Source: Schizochytrium sp. TIO01
Lineage: Eukaryota; Protista; Bigyra: Labyrinthulomycetes
Direction of reading: 5' to 3'
DNA: 64,000 bases
NCBI GenBank assembly: GCA_004764695.1
Contig: SMSO01000032.1
Span: 1,488,001 to 1,552,000 of the forward strand
Part shown: positions 22,761 through 35,829 of the stretch, in pieces
Position numbering within the stretch: the stretch's first letter is position 1
Layout: each line of letters starts with the position of its first letter
Position numbers and translations under genes: made by a program
Notes under the pieces: model-generated
Database searches by the model: none
Told to the model about the DNA's origin: nothing
The model's input: only the letters and a program-made list of their open reading frames with translations

Positions 22761-23223
22761 GTTTCTTTCTTTGATCGTTCTATCACGGAAACCGACTGCT
22801 TGCTTTCTCTCTCTTCAAGACAGACCTCTTGCATCCAGACCTCATGGCTTTGGCCCTGCCAAGGTCCTCCTGACGCCCAGCTTTTCCTGCATCGAGCCTC
22901 GGCACAGCCTAGCTCTACAGATCTTTCACTTCAAAGTTCTTCCCTGCTTTCCTTTCTTCTTCTGCTTCCACTTCCTCCGTTATTTGTTTATCTTTCTTCA
23001 CTAAGCCTATCTCTATCTAAGTATGCAGACCTCGAAACAACGGTTTACCGATTCCGCTTGCGCGGGACCTCTGAGCTAGCTGTAGCTAGCTAGCTAGTTT
23101 CTTTCGCTGTGTCGGCGCGTCGTGACCTCAGTCGGCGATCGGCGGCACGGTCTCTTGGGGGGCACAGCCGTCTCTCTTTGGGCGCGTGGTTGCTTAACCT
23201 AGGTTGAGATCAATCATCAATCC

Positions 23224-25803
23224 ATGAGCGTCATGGGACTCACCCGTCGCGGTGCATATTCCAGCGTGGCGGCACTCGCGGTACTCCTGTGTCTTCTGAT
23301 TTCTCTTAATCCTTCTTCTGCGCGTGCGGAGGTAGTGGATGAAGTTGATGACGAGCAGGTGTCTCTGCTCCATCATCTTTCGGGCTCCGATGAATTGGAT
23401 TCTCAAGTGTATCGTTCTCCGAGCGCTTGGTTCGTGCTTGTTACAGCCTCGCAGGGTTGCCCACAATGCGAGGCACTTGAGGGGCTTGTAGATGCTACGG
23501 CTCGCAGCACGAATGGCCTGGCCAAATTTGCAGTCGTGGATGCTCTCGACCCGGAAAATGCGAAATCACTGGTCAACATTGCCCAAACCGGCATTCCGCA
23601 CATTCGGCTCTACGTAGAGCCTGGTCGTCGCAATGCGTACAAGAAGGACGAGTTCTACCGCGAGTTCCAGCTTTACTCAGGCCAGCAGAATGCCCGGGCA
23701 ATGAAGAGGTTCTTGCAGGACGCCCTACAGAAGGACGCTCCTGTCGAGATCCTCGACGCCTCCAACTTCTCTGAGTGGGCCGAGTCCACAAAGGAGGATG
23801 GCGCCGTCATCGTTCTCAGTGGCAAAAAAGAACCTAGCGCCACTGTAGCTGCTCTTGCGAGGATTGCCCAGGGGTCTCCTGTTCACATAGCACAGTTTTC
23901 TAGTTTTGAAGCAGACTCGGAGTATGCGAAACAAGTTAACGCGGTTCTCGGTGGTGACGTGAGTGCTGGAATTCCCCGCTTAAGCGCGAGCAAGCCTGGG
24001 GAGTCAACTTGGGTAACTTTTGATCTTTCTGCTGCTCAAAAGGCCGGGTTACCGGAGATTCTGAGTTTTTTGGAGAAGGAGGCAAGTATCATCTTTGCAA
24101 GCGAACCTAACTCTGCTGGGTCTTCACACGAAGCGAAGGCAGAGAACGCCAAGAAACCAAAAGAACCAAAGGTGTCTGGTGTTGTGACTACCCTTGATCA
24201 GCTTGAGAAGCACGTTTTGAATCTTAAAATGCCAATTGTAGTCGCTGCTCGGGTCTCTGGCGAAGGCAAAAGTCCGTCAGACTGGGAGAAGTTTCGGGTT
24301 AAAAGTCACGGTGTCTCGACTGCCATTCTGTACTGCGATGGTCTCTCCGAAGAGGATGCTTCCGCTTTGTCTCCGATCTGTGCATCGGAAGTTGATGCAT
24401 CTGTTCTAGTTAAGGAGGAGGAGACGACATGGGCTTTTATTGAATGGGACTTCAGTAAGAAGGTAAACGAAGAGCGTCGCCTTGTAAGTGACGGAGTTCA
24501 CGTAGAAAGTTTGAGCGAAGCTAGATCGAAAGCGTTGGCTTCAATTCCTGATCTTGTGATGAAGCTTCCGGACGCCAGTATGTTTCAAGGGTTCATGGGC
24601 ATGGCAATGCAGTCGCATATGCTCCCTGTCATCCTCTTGGGCAATAAGCCTGACCCTCCTGCAATGTTGACCAGCTTGGCAGCTGCAGTGGAAGGCATGG
24701 CGCTGGTAGGATACCGCGCAAACCCGACTCCGAACGAGCTTCAAACGAACTTTGGCCTCCCCCCCAACATCGGGTTGCCTGTTCTTACTGGACTGACGAC
24801 GGAGCAAGTCGAAGGACGGGAGGATATGCGCGTGCTCGTTTCTATCTATGATCGCCAAACATTTGGCAAATATTCTTACGAAAGTATGCTTTACTTTGTA
24901 ATCAACACAGCGCAATCAACGTCTAGTGCTGCTGCCCAGGAAGGACTAAAGTCATGGCTTCACTCTCATGGCCACACTGTTGGTGTCAAGGTTCGTGAAA
25001 ATCAGGACCCAAGCTCCGACGCAGACGTTGGTGCCTCAAATGACCACTCAGCTCAACAGAAATATACGTCAAGCGATGGTCAGCCTCTAGACGATATGAA
25101 CATCGAAATGGCTCAGATTGCTTCTTTAGAGGAATGGGACCGCCTGTGTCCTGACAGTGGTAACACCCCTCAATTACTTTGCGCAATTGGTTTCCTTGAT
25201 GGAAACCCTCTCAACTCGGACCTAGAGTCGCAGCAAGCTTTGCTAGGATCCATTCGCGAGAAGCTTTTGAATACGCCAAGTGGCAAATCAAAGCTTCGGT
25301 TTATGTGGGTGGATGCTACATGCCATCAGGAATTCCTGCGTGGATTTGGTATGGATGCCACTGCCCTGCCTACAATTGGAGTTTACCATCCTCGTAAGCT
25401 GGTATTCTTCAAAATGTTTCAGGGTTTATCTGCAGCAAACGCAGAGAAATTCTTGTTGGGAATTGCCAATGGTTTTGGCAAAGCCCCCGAAAATTTGGAG
25501 AGTCGTCCAGAGTTAAACCCTACCACTGATTGTGCTAACCTTCCCTCCAGGGCGCTTCCCGATGAGGACGATACTGATTCCTCAGTTGACGACGACGAGG
25601 AGGATTGGCTTGCCGAAATTCGCGCCGAGGAAGAGGCGGAGCGCAAGCGTCTGAAACAAGAGGTCAAGCAAGAAATGGAACAGCTTAAGCAAGCACAGAA
25701 AGAAGCCGAGGAGGCTGCTGCGACCGAAGCTGCCGCCAAGTCAAAGCGGCGTCGTCGTCGCCGTCGGAAGAAGTCATCTTCTTCGCTTAAAGATGAACTT
25801 TAA
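23224..25803 (+). CDS. ER-lumenal thioredoxin-fold protein, PDI family (P5/PDIA6-like)
   Basis: N-terminal signal peptide, CPQC motif in the first Trx-like domain, P5-C-like segment LCAIGFLD...LRFMWVDATCHQEFLRGFGM...LPTI, acidic/coiled-coil tail and C-terminal KDEL. Confidence 0.8.
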   Translation: MSVMGLTRRGAYSSVAALAVLLCLLISLNPSSARAEVVDEVDDEQVSLLHHLSGSDELDSQVYRSPSAWFVLVTASQGCPQCEALEGLVDATARSTNGLAKFAVVDALDPENAKSLVNIAQTGIPHIRLYVEPGRRNAYKKDEFYREFQLYSGQQNARAMKRFLQDALQKDAPVEILDASNFSEWAESTKEDGAVIVLSGKKEPSATVAALARIAQGSPVHIAQFSSFEADSEYAKQVNAVLGGDVSAGIPRLSASKPGESTWVTFDLSAAQKAGLPEILSFLEKEASIIFASEPNSAGSSHEAKAENAKKPKEPKVSGVVTTLDQLEKHVLNLKMPIVVAARVSGEGKSPSDWEKFRVKSHGVSTAILYCDGLSEEDASALSPICASEVDASVLVKEEETTWAFIEWDFSKKVNEERRLVSDGVHVESLSEARSKALASIPDLVMKLPDASMFQGFMGMAMQSHMLPVILLGNKPDPPAMLTSLAAAVEGMALVGYRANPTPNELQTNFGLPPNIGLPVLTGLTTEQVEGREDMRVLVSIYDRQTFGKYSYESMLYFVINTAQSTSSAAAQEGLKSWLHSHGHTVGVKVRENQDPSSDADVGASNDHSAQQKYTSSDGQPLDDMNIEMAQIASLEEWDRLCPDSGNTPQLLCAIGFLDGNPLNSDLESQQALLGSIREKLLNTPSGKSKLRFMWVDATCHQEFLRGFGMDATALPTIGVYHPRKLVFFKMFQGLSAANAEKFLLGIANGFGKAPENLESRPELNPTTDCANLPSRALPDEDDTDSSVDDDEEDWLAEIRAEEEAERKRLKQEVKQEMEQLKQAQKEAEEAAATEAAAKSKRRRRRRRKKSSSSLKDEL

Positions 25804-27344
25804 AGCGGGGCAAGAAACTATCGTTTCGAGGGAATCAAAAGAATCCACGCAATTCATTTCCCTTTCCCTCGAACTCACATTTCAGGCTTCAAAAGGTTAA
25901 ATTGCTCACGTCAGTAATTTGGGTATCCTCTGTTTAAGGATGCCAGCCTTCATGAACAGCTAGTCCATTACCTTATTATGTACGTAAACACGTAACCATT
26001 ACACAAACAAATTAGAAAGTTGAATCTATTGAACTGTTTACAACGAACCTTAGTTTTCATATAAACACCTTGGTCCCTTGATTATTCATGATTTTGTCTC
26101 ATGGTCAAATCTGACTACTTAATGCGTAGCTATAGATTTGAGATTGTCCAAATGTAAGTCAACTCCAGGATCGTGCTGTTCTCAAACATGAATTTTACCT
26201 AGGAATTACGCATTCCCTTGATAATGGATTATGTAAAACCTGCTCCTTATCGGTGCCAATTTACATTCTTTCTCACGAATTATGCAACCCGTCGAACCCT
26301 TGAACCACTGGCAGTCCATGCATGGATGCAGGCATGCCCTACCCCGGCATAATGAGGGCGGTCTTAGGCTGGATTTAGCTAGTGTTGCCTACTTCGGCGA
26401 GACGAACTTTCTCCTGTTCCCAAACCATCTTTCACGTGCAACTACTCCACATAAGTTTTGCTATACCTTCCATGGTACTTAAAACATGTCGTGGGGCTTG
26501 TGAGAATGTTCTAACATCGTGATGAGCATTCGATTTCCACAGCACGACCATGCTTTAAGTTTCTCCAGTCAAACCTAGGTGGAATCTTTTCTCCGGCATC
26601 ACCGGAACCTTGGTTCCTGAGCAGAACAAAAGAGAACGGCAAAGGCTAGCCTCAGCTAGGCCTCACTACTTCGCCCTCAGGTTTTCTTTCCAGAAGAAAG
26701 AAACAATGTGGAACAGGTAGACTGGAACAGCTTGGAACAAGCAAACCCAACAAAAGAACAGATTTCTTTACAAAGACAGCCAAACCCCGTATCCGAAGGA
26801 AAAATCTTGCTCTTTTCATACGAAACCAGCAGCCAAATAAATATCCGATGGTAGTCAATTCAGATCGCCATTTCAGTTCTTGTGAAATGGAATTAAGATG
26901 AGAAGCTCCTCATCTTTGGCATTTTGTTTTCTCTTTGACATTCGGATGGTGAATTCTTCAAAAGCTACTGCTAAGACTATAATTCCTACTACTGGCATGT
27001 AGGACCACCTTAGCCACTCCTATGCCATAGGACTCAGGCGCTATCGATAGGTACTAACTAACTACATAGGGAGATCCTACCCAGTAGGTATCTACTTCTA
27101 AGTACTTAAAGATCGTGATGTTCTTTTGTTCTCCTCTCTTTTCCGCGCAGCACGGCATCTCTGCAACCAATGGTTGCAAATTATATGGTTGTGGTTCCAG
27201 ATAGGTCAACCTGCGCCTGGCCTCTAAAGAACACCTTCAAAAGAATAAAACACCCCGAAAAGACAAGAAAAGCAAAGATAAAAAAGACTAATGAAAGGAG
27301 ATAAGAGGAGATAAGACTTTGATTATTTCTTTGTACCGAGAGAA

Positions 27345-27378
<34 letters not shown>

Positions 27379-27534
27379 TTTTTCACAAAGTTCTTCTTCT
27401 TCTTCAGAGAAAAGAAATGAGAAAAGAAATGAGAAAAAAGACAAATGTGGCTCTGCTTCTTTTCCTTCAAATCTACTTCATCTCCTGCGCAATCCACCCT
27501 CTGCCATCAGCTTCAGGTGCGCCAATACCTGTCT

Positions 27535-27577
27535 TATGTATGTATGTATGTATGTATGTATGTATGTATGTATGTAT
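27535..27577. repeat. (TATG)n microsatellite
   Basis: About 10 perfect units; a (GA)n tract lies nearby at ~27338-27378. Confidence 0.95.
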
Positions 27578-29103
27578 TCGCTCGATTCCTTTCGCTTCTT
27601 ACGCCTTCAGAGGCCTTTAGTTCTTCACCTTTGCAGCATTTCTTCTAAATTCAGGTTCTTCGCCGCACCTTCAGACCTGTGCTTCCGATGTCTAAAAACC
27701 TACATACAAGATTCTCAAACTTCATCGCCTGAATGAATGCGGCACCCATTTTCTCGTATCTGATCGAAAAGTGTCATTCTCCCTTCCCCTGCTATGTCTA
27801 TATGTGCCTACGTGCCTATTAGTACCTTCTAAGCAGTGGGCATTTCTAACTTGAGAGACAAATCTTAGAAATGGCGGAAGCGCATTCCGTTCGCGACGCC
27901 GACGCCTCTTTTGCGGCGTCGCGGCGTATCGTCCACAGAGGATCTTCGCTTTGGCCACTCCTACCGTCGCGGATACGCCCTTTCTGCCCAAGCTCCAGCA
28001 ATGCACAAGAGCCCAACCGCATTCCTGCTTGCTCAACGAATCCTGATGACAAGATTAATTAATTAATTAAAGCTCCTCCCTTCAGCACGCCCACTCCTAG
28101 CCTATCCCCTAATCCTCCCTAGACGTTCTTTCCCTGCAGCTAATTTTCAAAAAGCATTGCAGACTTCTTTATCCATCTGTTTAGCTGAGCATATAAATAC
28201 TATGGTCCATAAACATATACATATGAATAACTGGACAGCTCCTAGGGGCGATCTAAGTAGTTGTAGCGGTTCTTAGTGGAAACAGAGAAGTCGAATTCTG
28301 AGAAGGAGAATGAGTGATAAGAGAAAGAGAGAAAGAAAAGAGAGAAAGAAAAGAGAATAAGGATGAAGGGCAAAAGAAGTCTGAGGCAGAGACTGCGGAG
28401 CCTAAGAATACCGTCATTCATTCCTACAGAGGCATAAGAGGGCGCCTTTGAAAGCGAAGGACCTAAAGTATCGCCACTACAAGCAACGCAGAAAGAAAAG
28501 AAGAACATAATCACCGGCCTACGCCCCAGTTAGCGCTGCTGCTAGCACTAACAGTAGTCAGCGAAGAAAGCACTCGCTACCGGCGGCGCCTAGAGTAATC
28601 GGTAGAAGTGGCAAAGCTGAGCTTTTCATCCTGGGTAGCACTCGCTTAGGCGTTAGTCTACCTCTTCGCTGTTCTGCTTTCATAGTTAATCCGACCAGTT
28701 GCTTAGTATTGGCCAGTATGGCGTGTTCCTCCGCTTTCCTCTTAGAGGTTGGTTGCTTCGTTGCTCTTCATTGAATGATTGATTGTTTATCGTCTTGGCC
28801 TCGTCTGTTTCTCTGCTTGTTTCCCTTTGGTTGAGGCATTAACAAAGAGCTGATTGAGTGTAATAGACTGATGATACTGTGGCAGATAGGAGGTAGATAG
28901 GTAGAGATAGATAGGTAGATAGATAGATAGTGATTATAATGAATTGATTGATTGAGTGATTGATTGAGTGATTGATAGAGTGATTGATTCATTCACAGTC
29001 ATACACAGATAAATAAAGACAGAAGACAGACAGACTCGAGTCGTTCGCAGCTTCCGTTTCGCTCCTTCGTTCTTCGTCCAGCTCATCCTCCAGAATACTC
29101 AAG

Positions 29104-29532
29104 ATGCGCCGTGCTGCTTCCGTCTGTGCCCGCGTTGGCGGCCGCGCCCTCGCTGCCCGCCCCGCCGTCATGGCCGTCCGCTCCATGCAGCAGCCTCTCG
29201 CCATGCCTGCCCTCTCCGCCGCCCGCGTCGAGTTCTCCGCCGCCATGCGCTCCGGAGTTCGCGCCTTCTCTGCTTCCACCTTCTTGCCAGAGGCTGAGGT
29301 CCAGGAGCGTGTCATTGAGGTCGTCAAGAACTTCGACAAGGTCGACGGCGCCAAGGTGAACCCCCAGGCTCACTTCATCAACGACCTCGGCCTCGACTCC
29401 CTCGACGCCGTTGAGCTCGTCATGGCCATCGAGGAGGAGTTTGTTATTGAGATCCCCGACGACGTTGCCGAGAAGATCCTCACCTGCGAGGACGCAGTCA
29501 AGTTTGTCTCACAGCACCCGCAAGCCCAGTAG
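29104..29532 (+). CDS. ACP1: Mitochondrial acyl carrier protein (NDUFAB1/ACP1)
   Basis: Arg/Ala-rich presequence; [20 protein letters not shown] with the phosphopantetheine-attachment Ser; [11 protein letters not shown]. Strongly C-ending codons. Confidence 0.95.
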   Translation: MRRAASVCARVGGRALAARPAVMAVRSMQQPLAMPALSAARVEFSAAMRSGVRAFSASTFLPEAEVQERVIEVVKNFDKVDGAKVNPQAHFINDLGLDSLDAVELVMAIEEEFVIEIPDDVAEKILTCEDAVKFVSQHPQAQ

Positions 29533-30689
29533 ACGCGTGCATCTTCAATCATCAACCATTTAACACCTCCCATTACTTACCTCATCCCTCGCCCTGCTTC
29601 GATCCATACCAATAACCTACCCTCTTTCCACTACTTTCATTACTTTCACTCGTTCTCGCCCTCCTCTCACGCCTCCATCCGTGCTATCTTACGTACATCA
29701 ATATCCACTTCAAGTATCCACATCAAATCTGTAATGTCGAAATTCGCACTCGCACGTGCTTTCCAAGATGTCCTAGGTTATTTGACATCTTGGCAAGATT
29801 GCGGCATTAGCTTCAGCGGTGAGACTGACATCACTCCAATGCGAGAGCTCGTTTTCTAGCTCTAGCTCGTAGGAAGGCCTCGGAAGCATGCATGCCTGCA
29901 TGCCTGGTGCCTGACGCACGCGGGCTTGGTGCTTGTGGCGGGCAAACGGGTGAGCTAGCTTATCAAGCCATTTCAATAGCGATCGTGAACTAAGTCGATG
30001 CCTCTTTCAGTTGAATACATCACTGTACGTCTGTCATTCTAAAATTCGATTCCTTTAGCTTGCTCAATGGATACTTCGCGTGTGGAGAAGGATTTACGTA
30101 GCCCCTTCTTGAAATCTTCACTCATACCACCAATCGTAGGAAGCAAGAGCTTCCTTTTTCTTGATCGATCTGGTTATCCTTGGGTTTCTCTACGTTGAAT
30201 CGCTGCACAGCTTAAGTTCAAGAGTACGCATGGTGCTTAGCGTGCTCATTGTTGCTGCAGCTTTTGCTGCTAGAGTTACCATCCCTTGCCCTTGTTGGTT
30301 GTTTTTCTTTCTCTTGCTGCGATACCATGCTTGGGCAGATCTCTGTGTAATTTCCTACCTAGTGTAGATTTGCACATCAAGTGACCTAATAATAACACAT
30401 CCGGTGGTTATCTCCCTATCCTTGAACGAAAATCGTAGCTTCAGGAATGGCATTTAAAAAATAACTACTCCGTAGTTGTGCGTTCATACATGGATTCGTT
30501 CTTGATGTGTAGATGGTATCAATCGACAGGAACAAGGAATGGTATGATGCTTTTTCAATAGCTAGCGCGACTAAAGTGAAGTGCATAAAGGTTAGCAATG
30601 AAGACGCAACAGGTTTTCAATACAGACATAAGACTAAGACACGAAATTATTTAGGTATCTATGTATACTTGTACTCTAGCATGGCAATC

Positions 30690-33288
30690 TTACTTCTTCT
30701 TACGCGTTGTCTTGAAGTCAAGGACACGGCCGGCAGCAACTGTCACACCGTTTTGTCGCAACAAGATGCGCGAGAGAGGGCGGAAATCGTCGTATCGCTC
30801 AATACAAATTGGCTCTTGAGTTTGAATAAAAACTGTTGCAGTCTGATTCTTGCGAATGAAACGTGGGTTGGCCTTGTCCTTACCGTCCTTCTGACGAACG
30901 GAAGCAAGCTTGAGGATGTGGGCAACAACCTGACAACTTTGAGCGTGAAGCTGCACCTGGGTTCCGTTTAGCAGAGGAACTGAAAGTCCATCAAATGTGG
31001 CAATTTCAGCTTCAAAGTACTGCACAACTGGGATAGGGAATTTGGCTTCGCAAAGAATACTGGTCAGGCCAATCATAGTGTCCTCAAGACCTTGCAGGCC
31101 TACATCAACGTTCTCACCAGCAAGTGCGAACTTCGTGGGAACGAGCTCCTTACCGCGGTGTCGATGAATACCTTTGACCTTGGCAAGCTGCATCGAAGGG
31201 GCAACCATCACAGATTCTCCTTCTTGGATTACACCGGCCTCAATCTTTCCACTCACAGTCATAGACCCGAGCAAAATTGTTTTGAAGATATCAGCAACCA
31301 CCATACGCAACGGTTTGTGCGCTGGGCGAGTTACAGGAGGCATCGCGTCAATACACTCGGTCACACAAGGACCCTTGTACCAATCTGCGGTGCCTTCCGG
31401 CAACCTCTCCACAAGGTTCAGGCCCTCAAGGCCACTTACAGGGACAAAGACCAAATCTTCGGCTGCGTAGCCGCCCTGGAGAAGAAACTCTAACAAGGTG
31501 TTTTTAACTTCATCGAAACGCGCCTTGGACCATCCGCACATGTCCATTTTATTCACAGCAATTACGAGGCGACGAATACCGCAATACCGGACTAGAATAG
31601 CATGCTCCTTGGTTTGTCCATTATGTTGAAAGCTGCTCTCGAATTCTCCTGTGTTAGCTGGAACAACCAAAACAGCTACATCACCTTGAGCAGCACCAGA
31701 GATCATGTTAGGGATGAAGTCTCGGTGACCTGGTGCATCCAAAAGAGTCACAAAACGTTTTTCTGTCTCAAAGTATTTAACACCAACCTCCACGGTTACG
31801 CCACGCTCGCGCTCATCTTCATGTTCATCCAAGACCCACGCGTACGCAAAGGACCCTTTATTCAGTTCCTTAGCTTCTTTTTGGAATTTGTGCATTTCAC
31901 GCTGAGAGACATATTTGAGTTTGTACAGCAGGTGGCCCATGAGCGTACTCTTGCCTGCATCAACATGACCAACTACAACCAAATTCACATTTGGTTTTTC
32001 ACTAGAGTCACGGGGATCCACGTTCAGCTTTTCCAGCTTGCTCACGAACTTGGCATAAGAATCCTTCTTCACAGCTTGGTTATCTGTAGAGTTCGCACTT
32101 GCACCAGTACTTTTGGCTGGAACTGCCTTAGGTTTCTTCACTGGTTCAGAGGAGCTTGAAGACTTGGGAACAGGTGCAGCCGTAGGCGCAGCTGATGCTC
32201 CTGTACTTGCGCTGGGCGTTTCCGGCTTTGCAGTTCCGCCAATGCTAAGTACCTTATGTTTGGTAGGAGCAGCGGAGACAGGTTTATTTGTCTCTGACTT
32301 CACTTTAGATTGGCTCTCATCCAGAAGTTGCATCATGGCGGCATCCATGTTACCACCGTGAGCCAGCAATGCATCTCGAATGCGCTGTTGAGAGACGCCA
32401 TCTACGAGCGATGACAACTCGAATACTTTTTGTGTAATCTCACGCTGTTGGTCCTGCTCTTGTTGCGTTGTCTGAGCAGGAGCAGCAGCACCAGAGGCAC
32501 TTGCCGATCCCTTGTTTTTGTTTTTGTTTTTGTTTTTTTTGCCACCTTGCTGCTTCTTGCCAGAGGTAATGATAGGTTGCTGGGGTGCAGGTGCAGGTTG
32601 CTGGGGTGCAGGTGCGGGGAAGGCCTGTTGGGTCTGTGCATTTGACTGCAGCGAAGGGAAATCTTGCATTGGCTCACTACTTTTCATGCCTCCGTACTGA
32701 GCTGCAGCATTGTCTTGGGCAGAGTTAGGGTTTTGGTATTGTGCAGCAAGCATGGCAGCTTCCTGAGCTGCATACTCCTCGTCTTCCTCATAGTAGTCCT
32801 GTAAATTGTAAAACCAGCATAAAGAAAAACGCAGACGTGTTCTCCAGTTAGTATACCAGCGGCTCTCATAATATAACCTGTAGGCTTAGATCACCCCCGC
32901 CCAAATCTCACCAACACCCAAATTTCATCCATATAACGTTTCAAGACAGATACGCAGGCAGGTAAACTTCTCTACGAGCAAAATATCACGCAAGGCTAAA
33001 TGGCGACATCTTCACCTTCAGTAGATCCTCATCGTCTTTGGAATCATCTATGCTCTCCATTTTTCAATCAACACTATCTATCTCCATCTATTCTTGTGCT
33101 TTCTTTCCAAGTGAGGCTCGGCCGCTTGCCTCATGCCTGCCTTTTTCAAGAAAGATATATCCAGCTACATACGCAGTATGCCTTCATTCTTGCCTGGCAA
33201 AGCACGCAGTCTCCTCCAGCGCTCCACCTACCTCATCGTAGTCATCATAGAGGTCGTCCTCATCGTATGTCGCGTGGATACGCCGCAT
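30690..33288 (-). CDS. HBS1: HBS1-like translational GTPase (ribosome rescue); exons 33288-33232, 32798-30690 (721 aa)
   Basis: GHVDAGKST, ERERGVT, DAPGHRDFIPNMISGAAQ and NKMD; UBA/CUE-like N-terminal domain. Exon 1 MRRIHATYDEDDLYDDYDE resembles HBS1 N-termini. Phase-0 intron 33231-32799 with GTAGGT, TACTAAC and TTTACAG. Confidence 0.9.
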
Positions 33289-35829
33289 CTTTCTGCGTCC
33301 TTCGCGTCCTCGCCCAAAGCGTTCTGCCGCTCCCTCTCCATATCAATTAGCGTACTAGTAAAACATTAGTTTTACTAGTAGACATTAGTACCTAGTTAGT
33401 AGTATAAGGGACATGATTCTTCATCACTTCATACTAAGTCTCAAGTATTATCAAAAAGCAGAGCTTCGCAAATCATTTTTGTGGATATAATTGCGAAGAC
33501 CCAGACATGGCAGCCGCAGCAACAGCAGAGTATTTGAATCAATAGTTCTACGAAGCCTCGATGGGATAACGCTTGGGCGTTATGGCACATGCTTGGGTGA
33601 TAGAGCGTATCAGCTTTGATCGTTTATGGACTCCATTGGGAACGTTCATGCTTGCTTTCTAACCTGATATGAGGATCAAATGCATGCGTAGTAGTATATA
33701 GGATATCAGGTAGTCCATTCTTTTTATAACTCCTCCACTTTCGAGAGAAGCTTTTAATCATATTTTATTCAATTAAAAATAAAAGAAACTTCAAGTTGTG
33801 TTTGGAATAAAAAGGAGAAACGAAAAAGACACAAAATAGGAGTAGGTAGGCCTAGGTCTACTATATTAATGAAGACTACTTCTATAATTATAATTAGGAT
33901 GACAAGTATACATAAAACTCATATCTACTTTTAGCCAAGAGTTGATAAGAATAAAAAGGCAAAGCAAAGAAAGCATAGATTTGCAAATGTTAAAGGCTGA
34001 CATCGAAATACAGCATCAAGAGCAAAACCAGAGTACAGAGTGGTAGGTTGAGTAGCACGCCTTGCGTATAGTGAGATGATGCTAAAAGGTAGCGGCTTAG
34101 CGCGAAGCAGGTTTGGGATCATGGCAATTTTATTTGACACCAAGGGAACATTGTACCAGAGTTAAATGCAGTAGCTAGGTACTACATTTAATTTGGGAGT
34201 CACTATAAGGAAACACGCAATTTGCATGGGCTGTGAAGTGCATTTATTATGGTCTGTCATAAAATGATAATATTGGGCCCAAGCAGCGGACTGGTAATGT
34301 CTATTTATTCTATGAAAGCAACGAAAATAAGTTGTAAAATACGGACTTTTGATTTGTCCACGGGCAGTGACACAATTTACCCGGTTCAATCCCTCTAGGC
34401 TAAAGTCTGTCTATTCCATTTTTTATAACGATCAAGAAGTCTTGGACATTTCTTCATTCCAGACAATCACAAATTTGATATGAATTAAAGATTTCATGTC
34501 AAAAAAACATAACGTGTTTTGAATATCCTAATTCTATCTTTAGGCACCAACCTCCACTATTATTGACCAGAGTCACGCCTGTGTTAAATCACTTAAATAA
34601 AGTCTCAGAAGATGTAGCAAATTAGCTTTTATATAACTCGGTAGTATACATGAGAAACTGTTGTAGTAATCACGTGTAAAAAGTACATTGCAAAAGTGAG
34701 CGGCATGGTATTCACATTAATTGGGATATGTTGTTCTATAAAGTTAAATTCTAGTCCTCACATTGGCCCTTGCGAGTTAGTTGATCCTCAGCATCCGCGC
34801 TTCAAGACAGGTTCAACATTGAAGCAAAACGTCATGTATTACATTACATTACAATTTAGCATACATATTGAATTTCTATTGTGAGGAGCGCCAGTGTATA
34901 CCCTCACGGGCCTCCACTGAGAAGGTTTGTTTACAATCAAATACAAAACCTATAATTGAGGGTAGACAATTTCCCACAGCCCGAGCTATTCTCACATCAA
35001 TACTATTGATGTAAAGTTTTAAAGGTAAAGTAATTGTGAGGAAACACAAAGTTTTACCCCACGTGTTTTCTTTGTCTCCTCTTCCTCCTCTACGAGCTTG
35101 TTCTTTTAAAATTAATACCAAAGAACATGGTAGGTTGCACCGTAGCTTATACCGTAGCAGTGGCAAAGAGAAAGAAGGCACAGACAGCCACCCAAGAGAG
35201 ACTGATATAGGTCTGATACTAAGAAGAAGAACAACATATTAATAATAGGCAACCTTGGTTGGTACCTTGTAGCACTAGTAGTAGTGCTAGTACCTAGTAT
35301 TTAGCTATCTAGGTAGGTAATACATGCTAGGAGCAAATAAAGAGTTATTCATTTTAGTATTTATCATCAATTGGTATAAATTATATTTTTATTCGTAAGA
35401 AAGAGAAGAATAAGGGAGATATAAGGCACCTCTTCTCCTGTTCAACTCTTCTGCTTCTCTGCTCTCTTCAACTCTTCACCCCGTCTGCTCCTTGCTTCGT
35501 TCTCCTCCCCAGCAGCTGTCCTCGTCGTTGCCGAGGCATCTTCTCTCCGTGGCCCGTGCTGTCTCCTCGTGCTGCTCTTGGGAGTCTCGTCGAGGCTGAT
35601 TGGATTGCCACCAATCCAGATCGAGGCGAGACCAAGCAAGAGGAAAAGAAATAGACAGAAAAGAAGAGCAAACAAAGAGACAATAGAGACAATAAATAAG
35701 TAAACAGAAACAGTAGAAGAAAACAACAATCAAAAGAGAAGAAGAAGGGAAAGAAGCAGCAACACCAAAACTAGAAACGAGAAGAAGTCGAGAACAAAGC
35801 TTCAATCTATTGAATAAAACTTGGAAATC

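Noticed and set aside
32799-33231. Possible intronic snoRNA in the 433-bp HBS1 intron
   Set aside because: No convincing paired C (RTGATGA) and D (CTGA) boxes with a terminal stem, and no H/ACA layout.
34380-34396. GGTTCAATCCC T-loop/B-box-like motif
   Set aside because: No T-stem complementarity and no upstream D-arm or A-box.
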